Notes under the pieces: model-generated
The model's input: only the letters and a program-made list of their open reading frames with translations
Databases searched by the model: none
What the model was told of the DNA's origin: nothing
NCBI GenBank assembly: GCA_000091205.1
Contig: AP006498.2
Length of the DNA: 64,000 nt
From: Cyanidioschyzon merolae
Lineage: Eukaryota
Reading direction: 5' to 3' (one strand)
Part shown: in pieces, positions 63,164 through 64,000 of the stretch
Layout: every line of letters starts with the position of its first letter
How positions within the stretch are numbered: the stretch's first letter is position 1
Program-made: the position numbers and the translations under genes

Positions 63164-64000
63164 ATGGCGGACTGGATCAGCAGTGGCGAGAGTTCCGAGA
63201 GCGAAGCGGAGATCAACACCATCGGAAACGTTCCTCTTCGCTGGTACGACGGCTACGAGCACATCGGTTATACCCGCGACGGGGAACCGCTCCGACGCCG
63301 TTACCCAGCGAACGCTTTGCAACAGCTTATAGCAGCTGGAGATGATCCCGAAAACTGGCGCAAACTCTATGACGAGAAAAACGATCGGGAGATCGAACTC
63401 ACAGATGAAGATGTCAAGTTGCTCGTACAGTACAAACAGCGCCTGCTATCGTCGCTGAGCGGTGACGAGGAAATCATAGCCTGGGCGCCTCGCCAGGTGC
63501 TTCCTCTGCACCAGTCCGAGGAACCCAAACGCAGATTTCTTCCGTCGAAACATGAAGCTGCACGCATTCGCAAGATCATTCGAGGACTTGAAGAGGGTCG
63601 CATCGTACCTCTCTCGCAGCGGTACCAGCAGCGAGCACAGCAGCATGCACGCTGGCGATATCCCCAGGTGGACGTATGGACCGAGGACGACGATAGCGCA
63701 TCGGATACCCTGGAACGTAAGCAGAGTCGCGCGGCTCGGGCACGTGCTCGCTCCTATGTCGCTGCACCAAAGCTTGCGCCCCCCGGACACATCGAGTCGT
63801 ATAACCCACCGGACGAAGCGTTACCCACACCCGAGGAACGCGACGCCTGGGAACGAGCAGCACCCGAAGATCGGCTGTTGCCGTACCTCCCGCAGCGATT
63901 CTCCTCGCTTCGTGCTGTGCCAGCGTACAAAGCGTATGTTGAAGAGCGCTACAAGCGCTGCTTGGACCTGTATCTCTGCCCGCGAGTCCTGCGACGTCGC
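63164..64000 (+). CDS. BOP1: Ribosome biogenesis protein BOP1/Erb1, N-terminal (BOP1NT) part; partial, continues past the right edge
   Basis: Manual translation from the ATG at 63164 (in-frame TAA at 63152) gives MADWISSGESSESEAEINTIGNVPLRWYDGYEHIGYTRDGEPLRRRY...ENWRKLYDEKNDREIELTDEDVKLL...APKLAPPGHIESYNPPDE...PTPEERDAWE...LPYLPQRFSSLRAVPAYKAYVEERYKRCLDLYLCPR. This is collinear with the conserved BOP1 N-terminal domain (IGNVPLEWYDD.PH.GYDLDG; PKL.LPGHAESYNPP.EYL; LP.KF.SLR.VPAY..F..ERFERCLDLYLCPR). No stop occurs before the window end, which is why it is missing from the ORF track. Confidence 0.85.
   Translation, partial: MADWISSGESSESEAEINTIGNVPLRWYDGYEHIGYTRDGEPLRRRYPANALQQLIAAGDDPENWRKLYDEKNDREIELTDEDVKLLVQYKQRLLSSLSGDEEIIAWAPRQVLPLHQSEEPKRRFLPSKHEAARIRKIIRGLEEGRIVPLSQRYQQRAQQHARWRYPQVDVWTEDDDSASDTLERKQSRAARARARSYVAAPKLAPPGHIESYNPPDEALPTPEERDAWERAAPEDRLLPYLPQRFSSLRAVPAYKAYVEERYKRCLDLYLCPRVLRRR

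Noticed and set aside
1-64000. Prokaryotic accessory/defence island interpretation (operons, CRISPR, restriction-modification or toxin-antitoxin systems)
   Set aside because: Adjacent genes alternate strand. There are no ribosome-binding-site-like spacing or overlapping start/stop operon junctions. There are abundant CA/GT dinucleotide and coding trinucleotide microsatellites and long intergenic gaps. The protein set is eukaryote-specific (BOP1/Erb1, MSH2 with MSH2-type C-terminus, OTUD6-like).
1-64000. tRNA, 5S rRNA or snRNA genes
   Set aside because: I scanned for T-loop-like GTTCGA(A/T)TCC, 5S-like and U6-like strings and found no convincing cloverleaf candidates. A tRNAscan/Infernal run is needed before calling absence.

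Overview
Organism and layout: This window reads as nuclear DNA from a GC-rich, intron-poor eukaryote, not a prokaryotic locus. Neighbouring genes alternate strand, and nearly all recognisable proteins are encoded by single uninterrupted ORFs with eukaryotic identities: MSH2, MUTYH, BOP1/Erb1, OTUD6-like, 5-oxoprolinase and an Apa1/2-like enzyme. There are (CA)n and (GT)n microsatellites and many in-frame trinucleotide tracts giving poly-Q, poly-S and poly-D/N runs. No Shine-Dalgarno or operon structure is visible. The gene content fits an oomycete/stramenopile-like or fungal-like genome, but the sequence alone cannot decide.

Genes: I can support about 16 protein-coding genes. They are a bacterial-type O-methyltransferase, MUTYH, an OTU deubiquitinase, a GRAM-like protein, an EamA-type transporter, a coiled-coil membrane protein, a small multipass membrane protein, a GAD/CSAD-family PLP decarboxylase, a classical SDR, an ICMT/PEMT-superfamily membrane methyltransferase, 5-oxoprolinase, MSH2, an Apa1/2-like ATP adenylyltransferase, the N-terminal part of BOP1 running off the right edge (open-ended, so absent from the ORF track), and two large proteins (1232 and 1605 aa) with no recognisable domain.

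Unusual structure: The features the gene calls do not explain are structural. Two near-identical long inverted-repeat pairs each enclose one gene: arms of about 1.33 kb around the O-methyltransferase, and arms of about 0.86 kb around the coiled-coil membrane protein gene. A pair of 427-bp direct repeats with TG...CA termini brackets MSH2, and each copy sits immediately 5' of a minus-strand gene. There is also a 93-bp x5 minisatellite with a diverged single-unit relative about 19 kb away, a 313-bp tandem duplication, and a decayed Tc1/mariner transposase relic. I could not find tRNA, rRNA, snRNA or CRISPR-like features by eye. Several multi-kb stretches (about 16.1-19.4, 21-24.3, 35.3-38.4, 39.6-41.4 and 59.5-63.1 kb) have no gene I can support.

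Caveat: GC-rich DNA has few stop codons, so many ORF starts in the track are probably over-extended upstream and spurious antisense ORFs are common.
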